64,000 bases of DNA from Bdellovibrio sp. ZAP7 (GTDB taxonomy: Bacteria; Bdellovibrionota_B; Oligoflexia; Oligoflexales; RGVZ01). The position numbers and the translations under genes were made by a program. Location of the stretch: contig CAMDKS010000001.1 of NCBI GenBank assembly GCA_945900755.1, positions 63,491 through 127,490 on the forward strand. The letters run 5' to 3'. The notes beneath the pieces were generated by a model. It saw only the letters and a list, made by a program, of their open reading frames with translations, was not told the origin of the DNA and did not search any database. Below, in pieces: positions 19,306 to 29,710 of the stretch (positions within the stretch are counted from its first letter, which is position 1; every line of letters begins with the position of its first letter).

Positions 19306-21510
19306 GTGGTTGGGAAACAAATTAGAATAGAGGTTGAGGGCATGACCTGCGGAGGGTGTGCCTCAAAGGTAACGTCTGCCCTGCAACGTGACGCTCGCGT
19401 AAGCTCGGCCATCGTCGATTTTGCCACCAGAACAGGCGTTGTCGAGGGAGACCTGACTCGTGAGGAAATCGGAGTCATCATATCCTCGGTCGGCTATAAA
19501 CTTGCGGCCGAATTGGATGCATCCGTATCAAGTAATCATTTCGAACCCAACAAATATGGGCCAGAGGTCCAAAAACTAATCCCGGCGGCAGCTCTCGCCA
19601 TCCCGGTCGTTGTTTTGGCGATGGGGCCTTGGCACGTCGATCACGGGGATTGGTGGCAATTTGTATTAACCACATTGTTTTTGGTGTGGCCTGCGAGGTC
19701 CTTCTTTATTCGTACATTTAAGCAACTGCAGCATGGTTTTGTGACCATGGACACACTTGTGTCTATTGGTATGGGGAGTGCGTGGCTGGCTTCCTTGGTC
19801 ATGATGCAAACCGACTCTATGCATCTATATTTCGAGTCATCCGTGATGATTGGATTTTTTGTGATGCTTGGAAAAGCATTGGAGGACCAAGCTCGGAGAA
19901 AATCAATTGGGGATGTTGATCGACTAGTAAAACTGAGGCCAAGAACCATTTGGCGGGCCACGCAGGGACGCTCGCCTGAGGAAATTCCATTGGCGGACGC
20001 AAAAATTGGCGACCATCTCTATTTAAGGCCTGGGGATATGTTGGCGCTGGACGCCGTAGTCGTAGAAGGCTCTGTTAGTTTTGACGAGTCAGTCATCACC
20101 GGCGAAAGCGTGCCAGTGATTCGCCGCCCTGGAGACCCTGTTCCGTCGGGAGCGGTGAATGCCAGCAGTGTTGGAGTCACCCTTAGAATTACGAGAATTG
20201 GCAACGATACCACCGTCGAGCAAATCATTCGCCTCATAGAAGATGCAAGGCTATCGCGTCCACCGATCCAAAAAATTGCAGACAGGGTCTCCGCTGTTTT
20301 TGTACCCATCGTAATGATTCTTTCGGTGTTGACGGGAATAGGTTGGTGGTATTTTGGAGGGTCTGACATTAACACGGCGTTGATGCGAGGACTCAGCGTT
20401 CTGGTCGTGGCGTGTCCCTGTGCCCTTGGCCTTGCAACACCGGTGGCGTGGGTTGCTGGACTTGGGCGGGCGGCTAGGGCGGGCGTACTTGTGCGGTCTT
20501 ATGAGGCGCTAGAAACCTTAAAAAACGCAGATGCCATAGTATTTGATAAAACGGGAACCCTAACCTACGGCCGTCCGACGGTGGTTCGAGTAAATAAAAT
20601 GGCAAAAGACGGCCGAAATGATGTTGTGACGGATGTCCGAAAAAAAAATCCAGTCATCACAACAGATGAAACAATGGCCGCAACGATTTCCGCATTGTCG
20701 CACTCCAGCCACCCCTTATCACGAGCCGTGTCGCACTGGATTAAAGAAAATTATGACGTTTCTGCGGCGCCCCTGAGTAAACTTCAAGAGGAGAGAGCTG
20801 GAGAAGGGGTGCGTTGTGAACTTTTGACTCCGCGCAGAGAAATATTGCGATTCGGAAAACTTGGATTTGTCACAAGCCAGGCCGTGCCCGCTTGGTGCGA
20901 CGCGGAGAGCTCAGGTCACATGCTCGTAGCGGTTTCAATGGATGGTAGTCCAGTACTTCTTTTCGAGCTTGAAGACGTCGTGCGAAATGATGTTAAGGAT
21001 GCATTAGCGCGCCTGGCGGATCGCGGCCTTGACCTCCACGTAGCCTCGGGTGACAGGCCTCACGTGGTTGAAGAATTGGCAAAAAATCTGAAAGGCATAA
21101 CCTCATTTCAAGGTTCGATGACACCCGTCTCCAAGCGAGATTTTGTAGTATCCCTGCAAAAATCCGGCAAAATAATCGCCTTTGTCGGTGACGGGATTAA
21201 TGATGCACCCGCACTGGCGGCCGCAGATGTTGGAATTTCTCTTGGCACTGGAACGGATGTCGCAGCTCATAGTGCAGGCTTGGTTCTTCAAAAATCTGGC
21301 ATCTCGACTTTAGTGGATGCCATAGAATTGTCTCGGCGCATTACCAAAATTATTCATGAGAATTTCTTCTGGGCCTTTTTCTACAACGTCGCAGCGATAC
21401 CCGTGGCGATGGCAGGGTTGGTGACGCCCATGTGGGCTTCAGCGGCAATGGCACTCTCAAGCCTGTCGGTGGTGACCAACGCCTTGCGGCTACGAAGGTA
21501 TAGATTGTAA
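19306..21510 (+). CDS. copA: copper-translocating P1B-type ATPase
   Basis: 734-aa ORF with GTG start. Motifs seen: HMA motif GMTCGGCASKV, CPC motif VACPCALGLATP, DKTGTLT and GDGINDAPALA. Confidence 0.9.
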   Translation: MVGKQIRIEVEGMTCGGCASKVTSALQRDARVSSAIVDFATRTGVVEGDLTREEIGVIISSVGYKLAAELDASVSSNHFEPNKYGPEVQKLIPAAALAIPVVVLAMGPWHVDHGDWWQFVLTTLFLVWPARSFFIRTFKQLQHGFVTMDTLVSIGMGSAWLASLVMMQTDSMHLYFESSVMIGFFVMLGKALEDQARRKSIGDVDRLVKLRPRTIWRATQGRSPEEIPLADAKIGDHLYLRPGDMLALDAVVVEGSVSFDESVITGESVPVIRRPGDPVPSGAVNASSVGVTLRITRIGNDTTVEQIIRLIEDARLSRPPIQKIADRVSAVFVPIVMILSVLTGIGWWYFGGSDINTALMRGLSVLVVACPCALGLATPVAWVAGLGRAARAGVLVRSYEALETLKNADAIVFDKTGTLTYGRPTVVRVNKMAKDGRNDVVTDVRKKNPVITTDETMAATISALSHSSHPLSRAVSHWIKENYDVSAAPLSKLQEERAGEGVRCELLTPRREILRFGKLGFVTSQAVPAWCDAESSGHMLVAVSMDGSPVLLFELEDVVRNDVKDALARLADRGLDLHVASGDRPHVVEELAKNLKGITSFQGSMTPVSKRDFVVSLQKSGKIIAFVGDGINDAPALAAADVGISLGTGTDVAAHSAGLVLQKSGISTLVDAIELSRRITKIIHENFFWAFFYNVAAIPVAMAGLVTPMWASAAMALSSLSVVTNALRLRRYRL

Positions 21511-22176
21511 CGGGAGTTGATGCAACCAGCCGAACGTTAAGGCCTCACCCACATGGTTACAAACGGCCTTTGCACCTGCTGTAAGCATTTGTTCTGCCGT
21601 ATTTTGGGTTAGTACTCCGATGGGAAACATTCCTGCCTTGACCGCAGCCTTAAGGCCGTGGGGGCTATCTTCAAATACGATCACTCGCCCATGGTCAAGA
21701 ACGCTGATTCCTAATGCCTTGGCGCATCTTAAAAAAACCTCGGGATCTGGTTTCGGATTTGTCACGTCATCGCAACCAAATTTATAAGTGACTCCAACCC
21801 CAAGGCGTTCTAACGTTGACGAGATAAACGCCCGAGGAGCATTACTTCCGATGCCGTAAGGAATTTTTTCTGCCGCCAACCAGGTGAATAATTCTCGGGC
21901 TCCGGGTAAGAATTCAATTGTTAGGGAACTGTGTCGAAGAGCCTCACGCTTCAGCTCGGCAAGAGTTTCTCTGGTGTCGGGACGCCCAGCTCTATGAGCT
22001 AAAATATCAGCTATCGCCTGAGTCGAGCGGCCGGGGAGACCTTCGGTGTCGATCAGTGCGGTGCCATATAGCTCCAAATAACTTTGGCGCCAGGCAATAA
22101 GGTGGGCCGACAGGCTATCCACCACCACTCCGTCGAAATCAAAAATGACACCTGCAGGTTTAGCATTTTTTTGCAT
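21490..22176 (-). CDS. HAD-superfamily hydrolase (beta-phosphoglucomutase-like subfamily)
   Basis: 228-aa ORF with HAD motif I (VIFDFDGVVVDS) and a C-terminal FEDSPHGLKAA. Confidence 0.7.
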   Translation of the reverse strand: MQKNAKPAGVIFDFDGVVVDSLSAHLIAWRQSYLELYGTALIDTEGLPGRSTQAIADILAHRAGRPDTRETLAELKREALRHSSLTIEFLPGARELFTWLAAEKIPYGIGSNAPRAFISSTLERLGVGVTYKFGCDDVTNPKPDPEVFLRCAKALGISVLDHGRVIVFEDSPHGLKAAVKAGMFPIGVLTQNTAEQMLTAGAKAVCNHVGEALTFGWLHQLPLQSIPS

Positions 22177-22228
22177 GATCGATTGTCAATTCCATTTTGA
22201 GCAGAAAAAATTGATCCAATATCAGTCT

Positions 22229-22879
22229 ATGCCCTTGAGTATTCCACAGAACCTTTTGGTTTACCAAGCCCTTAGGTTACAATGGACTGATAACCTAAAA
22301 AAAGGCCCAATCCATTTGTCACCACTAAAGCAAATACTTAGAGTTTTCATTGTCACTGGCCTACTGACCTTGCCGATCGATCAGTGGACCAAGGACTTTG
22401 CCAGAGAGCAGTATTTAATTCACGAAGATACGGCGGATACGACTATTTATCAAGGACGCCGCGATGAACTGTTGGCAAAAAAATTTGGCGACAACTGGCT
22501 TACAGTAAACCTAACTTATGTTCGAAATCACGGGGCATCATGGGGAGTGATGAAAGATTTAAGTGAAGATTTTCGTCGGCCCGTTCTAATTCTGATGGGT
22601 TTAGTTTTGACCGCGGCCTTTCTGTGGGCTGCTGTGCGCTTTCAATTGGCAGGTCTGAACAACTCAGCGACAGCCTTGACTCTGCTGTCGGCTGGGGCCG
22701 TAGGAAATTTTTTGGACCGTATTCGCCTCGGTTATGTGGTGGATCTTGTGACAATTAGAAGTGGACTCGCCGGCCACACCTGGAGCCTGCCTGCATTCAA
22801 TGTTGCTGATATCATTATTGTCTTAGGTCTTTTTTATCTATTAACGACAATTGTGTTGAGCTCTAACCAAAAAAATTAG
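22229..22879 (+). CDS. lspA: lipoprotein signal peptidase II
   Basis: Motifs NHGASWG, GAVGNFLDR and FNVADIIIVLG. The listed ORF starts at 22145, which overlaps the divergent HAD gene. ATG at 22229 avoids the overlap. Confidence 0.8.
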   Translation: MPLSIPQNLLVYQALRLQWTDNLKKGPIHLSPLKQILRVFIVTGLLTLPIDQWTKDFAREQYLIHEDTADTTIYQGRRDELLAKKFGDNWLTVNLTYVRNHGASWGVMKDLSEDFRRPVLILMGLVLTAAFLWAAVRFQLAGLNNSATALTLLSAGAVGNFLDRIRLGYVVDLVTIRSGLAGHTWSLPAFNVADIIIVLGLFYLLTTIVLSSNQKN

Positions 22880-22967
22880 CGGATTGAAATGGAGATTCCA
22901 CCCGAAAATATTTAAGAGCCGCAGTTACATGCTGCTAGAATAGTGACAGGATCGACTTAAACGAAAG

Positions 22968-25385
22968 ATGGCCAAGCGAATGCTTAGAGAAGTCGCTAAA
23001 AAATATATATTACTGACACTCATGGTCTTTTGCATGCCTGGGCGCCTGGCGGCTGAGGATTTGCTTGTTGGCGCCATTCGATCAGAGCTTGAAAAGGAAA
23101 GAAAGCAGAGTCTCAAGGATCGACGCGCACTCGCCACAATAGATCTAAAAAAATTAAACTCGGATGAAGAGCGAGGAGTGGTCCTTTTTGCACAGGGATT
23201 GCAGGCCATGGAAATAAACTCAAATGTGGCGGCAGAAAATTTTGATGCGGCAAAAAAAATGTTCCCAACCAACAGCCCACTCGCACAGCTGATGTCTATT
23301 TATTATGGACGCGCAACGGTAAGCGGCCGCAATGCAAAGGCTATTCTCAACCGTCTAAAAACTCAAGTAAAGGCAGCAGGAAGTTCGGCAAGAATTTGGA
23401 AACCAGAGCAATTTTCAATCATGATCGAGATTTTAATGACTCTAAAGCTAGACTCCTTACTCGCAACTACCTGGATGGAAATGGAGACAAGGGTGAAGCC
23501 TGCGATGCGGGATGAAGGGGTTGCGAAGAAGATTGCAAACTACCTAAATTACCGCAATGTAGACTCCAAAAATGAACTCATATCGATTGTCGAGTCACTG
23601 GCTGGTGGCTACCCGCATTCCGAAAATGGAAGATGGGCATTCCAAAAATTGCAGAGGCTTCAATGCGTGGCTGATGACAGAAAAAATGGCAAGGAAAAAT
23701 ACATTTTTAGCATGTCCTTAATAAACCGCCTGGCGTCCAACACGAACTTGGATGAGGGACTCAAGCAGTTCCTCGCGGAACTAACAAAGGGCAGACTGCG
23801 TGATCTTACAGGGAATGTAAAAATATTAACGCCCACTGAACGAGTGAGCTATCTTATTTCCATTAGACTTTGGAACGAGGCAAAACGCAGCGTCGAAGAA
23901 GATGTGGCAAGGTTTACGGGGTCTTCGTCCGTTGAGGGCAGACAAGAACTCGGGAAGTCCTTGTCCCAATTGGGTCAAATTCAGGGGAAGCAAGGCGAGT
24001 ACCAAGCAGCGGCGAGAACTTGGAGTCTATATATCGAGCTATTTGGGAAAGAGAACGAATGTCGCATGGCTTACGAAAGTCTGGCTGATAGCCTCGCTCG
24101 CCTGCGAGTTCACAGTGCGGCGGCAAAAATTTATGAAAACCTATCTAAGTCTCCCTCAGTAGACCCACTACTTAAGTGGCATCATTTTTGGAACACCTAT
24201 TTGGGGGGTGATTATCGCGCCGCACTTGCACTATTAGATCGGGCCGGATATGTGCCGCCAAGAGACCGCCTCATTCAAGGGGGGCTTAATTATTGGCGCG
24301 CGAAAATTTTGGAGCGCCTCAAATTGACGGATGAATCGAATGTCTTATACAGAAGAATTCTCATTGAAAATGGCGACACCTTCTATGCCATGCTAATACT
24401 GGCTAGAAAGCCCAATCTGAGAGATGCCGATACTGGTAATTTCATGACCTACGATCTTTCTGTCGGACTCTCTGGTGATAGTGAAGGGGCGGCCATAGCC
24501 GGTGCGAAGGGCGAAATTCTGACGTTGCCGGAGGATAACGTGGTCAAAGCGGGAGACGTCTTGGCCTCCGCAAATTACTCCAGTGATGTACGAGCCATTT
24601 CGGCCCTTGCAAAGTGGAGTCAGGTTCAGCTTGGAAGAAGGCTGTTGCGGCACCTACCAACAACGGCCGCGTTATCTAGTACAACAGGTTGGGGGGAGTC
24701 CCTGCGTTTGGCCGTAGATCTTAACGATTATTCTTTCGGGATGAAGTCTAGTTCTAGGACGGGCTCACCACTAAAAGCCATTCCAGCCGCGGCCGCCCAA
24801 ATTGAATCTCATATGGCAAAGCACAATAACGAGTGGCGTGACATATATCCATATGCGTTTCGGAGTATTCTTGAGCCAATTGCTGGGCTCGTTGAAATCG
24901 ACCCATTTTTAGTGCTGAGCCTCATGCGGGCAGAAAGCGTTTATACTGAGGATGCGCGCAGCAATGTGGGCGCACAAGGCCTCATGCAAATTATGCCATT
25001 TACTGGGGTTAGGATTGCGAGGCTTATGAACGATGCTAATTTTCAGCTAAGTGAGTTGCATCAGCCGTTTGTCAATATTGCTTACGGAAGCTACTATATC
25101 AAAAAGCTCTCCGACTATTATCAAGGCAACACTATGCTGGCTGTGGCTGCCTATAACGGCGGTCCAACCTCGGTCAATCGTTGGCTTGGAGAGTATGGCA
25201 ACTTGGAAGCGGATGAATTTATCGAGAACATTCCCTTTCGCGAGACTCGAAATTATGTGAAGTCAGTATTGCGAAATTTCAATAATTATAAGCATATTTG
25301 GGAGCAAAAATCGGGACTTGCGGCCTTACCGCAGGGAGCCTTGCCGTCAAAAAACAAGAATACAGTTGATACGGAGATATTTTGA
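22968..25385 (+). CDS. slt: soluble lytic murein transglycosylase (Slt70-like)
   Basis: 805-aa ORF with a signal peptide and a long helical-repeat N-terminal part. The C-terminal SLT domain shows ESVYTEDARSNVGAQGLMQIMP and AAYNGGP. Confidence 0.8.
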   Translation: MAKRMLREVAKKYILLTLMVFCMPGRLAAEDLLVGAIRSELEKERKQSLKDRRALATIDLKKLNSDEERGVVLFAQGLQAMEINSNVAAENFDAAKKMFPTNSPLAQLMSIYYGRATVSGRNAKAILNRLKTQVKAAGSSARIWKPEQFSIMIEILMTLKLDSLLATTWMEMETRVKPAMRDEGVAKKIANYLNYRNVDSKNELISIVESLAGGYPHSENGRWAFQKLQRLQCVADDRKNGKEKYIFSMSLINRLASNTNLDEGLKQFLAELTKGRLRDLTGNVKILTPTERVSYLISIRLWNEAKRSVEEDVARFTGSSSVEGRQELGKSLSQLGQIQGKQGEYQAAARTWSLYIELFGKENECRMAYESLADSLARLRVHSAAAKIYENLSKSPSVDPLLKWHHFWNTYLGGDYRAALALLDRAGYVPPRDRLIQGGLNYWRAKILERLKLTDESNVLYRRILIENGDTFYAMLILARKPNLRDADTGNFMTYDLSVGLSGDSEGAAIAGAKGEILTLPEDNVVKAGDVLASANYSSDVRAISALAKWSQVQLGRRLLRHLPTTAALSSTTGWGESLRLAVDLNDYSFGMKSSSRTGSPLKAIPAAAAQIESHMAKHNNEWRDIYPYAFRSILEPIAGLVEIDPFLVLSLMRAESVYTEDARSNVGAQGLMQIMPFTGVRIARLMNDANFQLSELHQPFVNIAYGSYYIKKLSDYYQGNTMLAVAAYNGGPTSVNRWLGEYGNLEADEFIENIPFRETRNYVKSVLRNFNNYKHIWEQKSGLAALPQGALPSKNKNTVDTEIF

Positions 25386-25508
25386 TCTATTGTCGCCAGT
25401 CTCTTGACACCTAAACGCCAACCTCTTGGCGGACTTTCCTTGCTTATACACTCACTGCTATTCTAAATAGATCAGGAACAAGTATTTGGGCCTAACGAAA
25501 AGGGGTAA

Positions 25509-26156
25509 ATGGTTATGGCAGAACAGTGGTTATCCATTGTCGAATATGCGAGAGCAACCGGAACTTCTGATATGACAATTCGTCGAAGAATTCGCACCGG
25601 AAAAATTAGGGCGGATTTAAGAGACGGAAAATATTTCATCGCCATCTCAGTTGATCAGGCAAATGGTTTGCCGCAGTCGTTACAAAATCACTCCCAATCA
25701 TACCAGCAAGCGTCGGATGCCAATGCATTAGTCAAAAATAGAGTTGCCTCCAATCACACGAACGAACGCGCCATTCCGTTAGTGAGGCGTCCTGAAGATT
25801 TAAAGCAATCAAATCACTATCAAGTTTCCCCGAATTATATTGGACCTCAGAATGTTGTGAGTACGAATCATTCAAATCATTCTACAAATAACTGGAAGGC
25901 TATTCCGGGGACGGTCACCGGCCCACTTGTCGATGCAGGAATGGCAAGCGTTGAGGCTCGAGCGCTCATCGAATTCTGCGACCGCGCTTTGCATCAGGCA
26001 TCCTCTACCGTACAGGCGATCGAAGGCAAGTATTCCGCTCGTCTCGACGCACTCAATGCGCAACTTAATACGAGACACCAAGAGATCAACAGCCTTAACC
26101 AGCAGATTGAGGATCTTCAATTGCTTGTGCAAATTTTGGAACGCAAAAGAGTCTGA
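25509..26156 (+). CDS. HTH (excisionase/MerR-like) DNA-binding protein with C-terminal coiled coil
   Basis: 215-aa ORF. The N-terminal LSIVEYARATGTSDMTIRRRIRTGKI is a helix-turn-helix. The middle is low-complexity and the tail is heptad-like. Confidence 0.5.
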   Translation: MVMAEQWLSIVEYARATGTSDMTIRRRIRTGKIRADLRDGKYFIAISVDQANGLPQSLQNHSQSYQQASDANALVKNRVASNHTNERAIPLVRRPEDLKQSNHYQVSPNYIGPQNVVSTNHSNHSTNNWKAIPGTVTGPLVDAGMASVEARALIEFCDRALHQASSTVQAIEGKYSARLDALNAQLNTRHQEINSLNQQIEDLQLLVQILERKRV

Positions 26157-26193
26157 TAGTCTAAAAAGAATCTTTGGACACAAAAAATCTAGG

Positions 26194-27339
26194 CTAGAGC
26201 CAAAGCAGACTGCTGTCTCCGTAACTATAGAAACGGTATTGCTGCTGAACAGCTTCGTTATATATAGCACGCATTTGGTCGTAACCGACCAACGCGCATA
26301 CAAGCATGAATAGTGTGCTTTCCGGCTGATGAAAGTTCGTCATAATCCCATCAGCACACCAAGGCGTGTGCCGGTCTTTGGCGAACGATGGTCGAATAAA
26401 TATATTGGTGCGAAGCCACTTTCCGGCGAGCTCTTCTATTCCACAATTTTCTGATATGGAGAGAGCATGCAACCCTTCAAGGCTTCTTAGTGCGGTGGTG
26501 CCAACCACCACCACTTTGCGTCCCTCAGTCTTAGCCTTTTTTATGGAGGCAAGTGTTTGCGCGGGCACCATAAAACGTTCAAAATGCATGGTGTGTCGAG
26601 CAGGATCATTGGTCTTTACGGGTAGAAATGTGCCAGCCCCCACATGTAACGTGACGTGCATGATTTCACATTGTTTGGCCTTGAGGCTAGCCAAGACTTC
26701 GGGGGTGAAATGGAGCCCAGCCGTGGGTGCAGCGACCGAGCCGAGATCCCCTGCATAGACGGTTTGATAGCGATCACGGTCAAATTTTTGCTGATCCGCA
26801 GAGGGATTTTTTCGCAAAATATAGGGCGGCAGAGGCATTTCTCCATTGGCCTCAAGCCAGGTGAGCAGATTTTCGCCGGCCAGATTAAATCGAGCCTCAA
26901 AAGGCAGTGGACCAGAGTCCGACGGTGCACAATCGTTCACAATGGTGGCCGTAAGCCCATGGCTAAACGTGACAATCGTCCCCGCCGCAAGCTTGCGCAT
27001 GGGTTTGCCGAGGCACAACCAAGTCTCCCCCGCATCCCTCGCGGCCGTGTACAAAAGGGGCTCCAAAAGTAGAAGCTCAACGGCGCCGCCCGTCACAAGT
27101 TTTCCATGAATCCGGCTGGCAATCACTCGAGAGTCGTTTACAATAAATAGAGTGCCTTTGGGAACTGCGTTTGAAAGGTTTGAAACTTGGCTATGTGAGA
27201 CTTTATGCCCGTCCCATATCAAACATTTAGAATGATCTCGCTCAAGCAAGGGTCGCTGCGCCACCTGATCAGGTGGTACTGCAAAATCAAAAGCTTTAAG
27301 GTCAAGGTACTTATCCGTCAATTTTGCCTCATGCGTCAC
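26194..27339 (-). CDS. queA: S-adenosylmethionine:tRNA ribosyltransferase-isomerase
   Basis: 381-aa ORF with FDFAVPPDQVAQRPL, PLPPYI, YQTVYA and SVAAPTAGLHFT. Confidence 0.9.
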   Translation of the reverse strand: MTHEAKLTDKYLDLKAFDFAVPPDQVAQRPLLERDHSKCLIWDGHKVSHSQVSNLSNAVPKGTLFIVNDSRVIASRIHGKLVTGGAVELLLLEPLLYTAARDAGETWLCLGKPMRKLAAGTIVTFSHGLTATIVNDCAPSDSGPLPFEARFNLAGENLLTWLEANGEMPLPPYILRKNPSADQQKFDRDRYQTVYAGDLGSVAAPTAGLHFTPEVLASLKAKQCEIMHVTLHVGAGTFLPVKTNDPARHTMHFERFMVPAQTLASIKKAKTEGRKVVVVGTTALRSLEGLHALSISENCGIEELAGKWLRTNIFIRPSFAKDRHTPWCADGIMTNFHQPESTLFMLVCALVGYDQMRAIYNEAVQQQYRFYSYGDSSLLWL

Positions 27340-28551
27340 GTTTTTGGCCTCCAGTGGCTCGCAGTTTCTATACGAATTTGCCTCATTGGTCTATTTTTAT
27401 CTGACACCAGCCAAGCCTTTCCCGAATTAGTATTTGCTCGTGATTTCGGAGCGTTAGTTGGAGCTCCCCGCACAAAACTAGTGGTCATTTACAATTCCGG
27501 CACCAAGGACAAGCCAAATTTCAGGATGGCCAGACCAGACATCATCCCGATTGATGATGAAGGACACATTATTTGGTACGAAAACATAATGTGGCAAAAC
27601 GCATCTATGGCTCCACTGGACAGAATTGTTCTCGAAAATAGTGTGTTCGGAATAAAGACTCGTGATCGATTCTCGTTCCCAGGCTGCTCTCCAAAATATG
27701 GAGAAATGATAACCTCTGTACACGGAGTCGCTTGGCTCGTGACGTGCCGCGACGAGGTCATAAAAAAAATCGAGCACGAATCAATGCGTCTAGTCTACGA
27801 CGAAAAAAAGGCCGAGATCAATTCGCTTTTGTATAACTACAAATTTAAACCCGAAAACCAAATGCTGTTTCAATCCATAACGCTGAAAGGGTCTCCGGAC
27901 TTTTTGCTTGCGGCCGATAGTGACCTCTACATCAAGGCCGACATCAAAAATTTCTTTACCCTAAATTTTCACGCTTCAGACATTGAAAGCAAGATGAACG
28001 CAAAGCGATTCCACCCCACCGTGGCCCTTGCGTCGTTAGGTTTTTATTTAAAGGTTCTATTTTTTAAAATCTCCCTGGACTTAAATACAGATGTCGCCTT
28101 TTTTGAAAGTTCCGCCACTATTCCCATGGTCATGACGTTGCCGGTAGATGCATCAACCAGGCTAAATAAAAAAAGTGGAGTCCTTTATAGCTTTAAACTA
28201 GGAGACGCCGTCGACCCAAAGTCACTGGGTATTGCTATGCCACTTTTGGATCCAAGTCTGTTGGCGGGAGCGTCTAAGACAGAAGGTCTTAAAAACTGTA
28301 CTGACGAATGCCTCTACACACTTCAACTCCCGGCGCAAAACAAAGTCGCCAAAATGGAAATAGTTTTGCCTCGGCAAGTGGTCGAGCTGGGGATGTTTCC
28401 GTGGTTTGTCAGCGACATCGGCGCAGCGACGAAGGAAATGGGCTGGAAACTTCCAGAGAAACTGGATCTAAAAAATAGAGTCGGCATCTACTTCGAAGTT
28501 TCCGGCCTTCCTAAAGGGAGTCATCCTTGGGACTTTAAGATGTCGTTTTGA
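27331..28551 (+). CDS. hypothetical secreted protein
   Basis: The ORF is listed from 27205. ATG at 27331 gives a hydrophobic signal-like N-terminus (LAVSIRICLIGLFL). No motif recognised. Confidence 0.45.
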   Translation: MRHVFGLQWLAVSIRICLIGLFLSDTSQAFPELVFARDFGALVGAPRTKLVVIYNSGTKDKPNFRMARPDIIPIDDEGHIIWYENIMWQNASMAPLDRIVLENSVFGIKTRDRFSFPGCSPKYGEMITSVHGVAWLVTCRDEVIKKIEHESMRLVYDEKKAEINSLLYNYKFKPENQMLFQSITLKGSPDFLLAADSDLYIKADIKNFFTLNFHASDIESKMNAKRFHPTVALASLGFYLKVLFFKISLDLNTDVAFFESSATIPMVMTLPVDASTRLNKKSGVLYSFKLGDAVDPKSLGIAMPLLDPSLLAGASKTEGLKNCTDECLYTLQLPAQNKVAKMEIVLPRQVVELGMFPWFVSDIGAATKEMGWKLPEKLDLKNRVGIYFEVSGLPKGSHPWDFKMSF

Positions 28552-28576
28552 GCGGCTATAAATGAAAGTACTGCGA

Positions 28577-29710
28577 CTAGAGGCGGGGACTGCTGCTCGC
28601 AGCTGCAGCGCCATGGGTCGTTTTCAGGCGATAGGGCTCTAAAAAAAGACTCGATCCCGTTCTCTTTGGTGCAGCGGGGCTGGCAAACGGATACTTAATG
28701 GCGTGCTCGAGGCCTGGAGAAAATTGCGTCCAGTATTCGCCGATTTTATTTGGATTCGTCGTTTCAAGTTCAAGCGTCACGGTGGGAATGCCACGTTCGT
28801 TGCCGGCATAATTTCCGAGGCTACCTGGGTAGAAGGAGTAGTCGACAATTTTATAATTTCTGCTCGAGGCACTCATATTTTGGACAAGAGACTTAGCTTT
28901 TTCTTCGCTGGACGTTAGGGCCCGTGGTTTTTGCTCGGTTGGTCCATCATAATCATAGAAACCTAAGGGTGCGTGCAGCGATATAATTTTGTCAGGTTTA
29001 AACGTGTCGACGAGCCAAATTTGAAAAATCGTTTCGATTTCACTGTTCGGAATTGGCCCAGGAAAGTGCCGTGGATTTTGTTGCCGACGCTCGGCCCACC
29101 AGCGTTTCGCAGTGGAGTACCAGTCTCTTGTAAAGAAATTACGATTCAGATCGACGCCGCGTAAATTAGTGCGATGTGCGGTTTTCTGCAAAAATCCGTC
29201 GGGATTGACCAGTGGGGCGACGATGACGCGACTTCCTTCGGGAATTAGATTGGGGTTTGCCTGAAGGTGAAGCGCGAATTTGAAAACCAACGGAATCGGA
29301 GTTAATTCGTCAGGGTGTACGCCTCCGAGGATCAGTGTGGTGTTTGGGCCGTGGCCAAATTCGGCATAAATGAGCGGGCTGCCGCCGTGGCTTTTGAGTT
29401 GGCTTTTCCATGGAACACCGTTATTGCCGCAGCCTTCTTTGTTGGGATCCCACTTGAGGACAGCATAATTTTTAGCGATTTTCTGGCAAAGAGTCGTTAT
29501 CGTGGAAGGTTCCTTTTCGCTGTCTAACATGAACTCGTGGTAGGTATCGGTGAGGACTGCGGGCAAATTGATAAAGCCGTCTTTCATGGCTTGATCTGTG
29601 ATGCGAAACCCTTGTCCAAAGGTTGCGTGGGCTGGCGCAAGCACAACCCATGCGACGAGCACTTTTAAGCAGCGGCGAGGGTTTAGTAAATTGAGAATTT
29701 TTAGCTGCAT
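28577..29710 (-). CDS. M14-family zinc carboxypeptidase (secreted)
   Basis: 377-aa ORF with a signal peptide. It shows a zinc ligand context GGVHPDE (HxxE), NPDG and RGVDLNRNF, typical of M14 peptidases including the gamma-D-Glu-DAP peptidase type. Confidence 0.7.
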   Translation of the reverse strand: MQLKILNLLNPRRCLKVLVAWVVLAPAHATFGQGFRITDQAMKDGFINLPAVLTDTYHEFMLDSEKEPSTITTLCQKIAKNYAVLKWDPNKEGCGNNGVPWKSQLKSHGGSPLIYAEFGHGPNTTLILGGVHPDELTPIPLVFKFALHLQANPNLIPEGSRVIVAPLVNPDGFLQKTAHRTNLRGVDLNRNFFTRDWYSTAKRWWAERRQQNPRHFPGPIPNSEIETIFQIWLVDTFKPDKIISLHAPLGFYDYDGPTEQKPRALTSSEEKAKSLVQNMSASSRNYKIVDYSFYPGSLGNYAGNERGIPTVTLELETTNPNKIGEYWTQFSPGLEHAIKYPFASPAAPKRTGSSLFLEPYRLKTTHGAAAASSSPRL

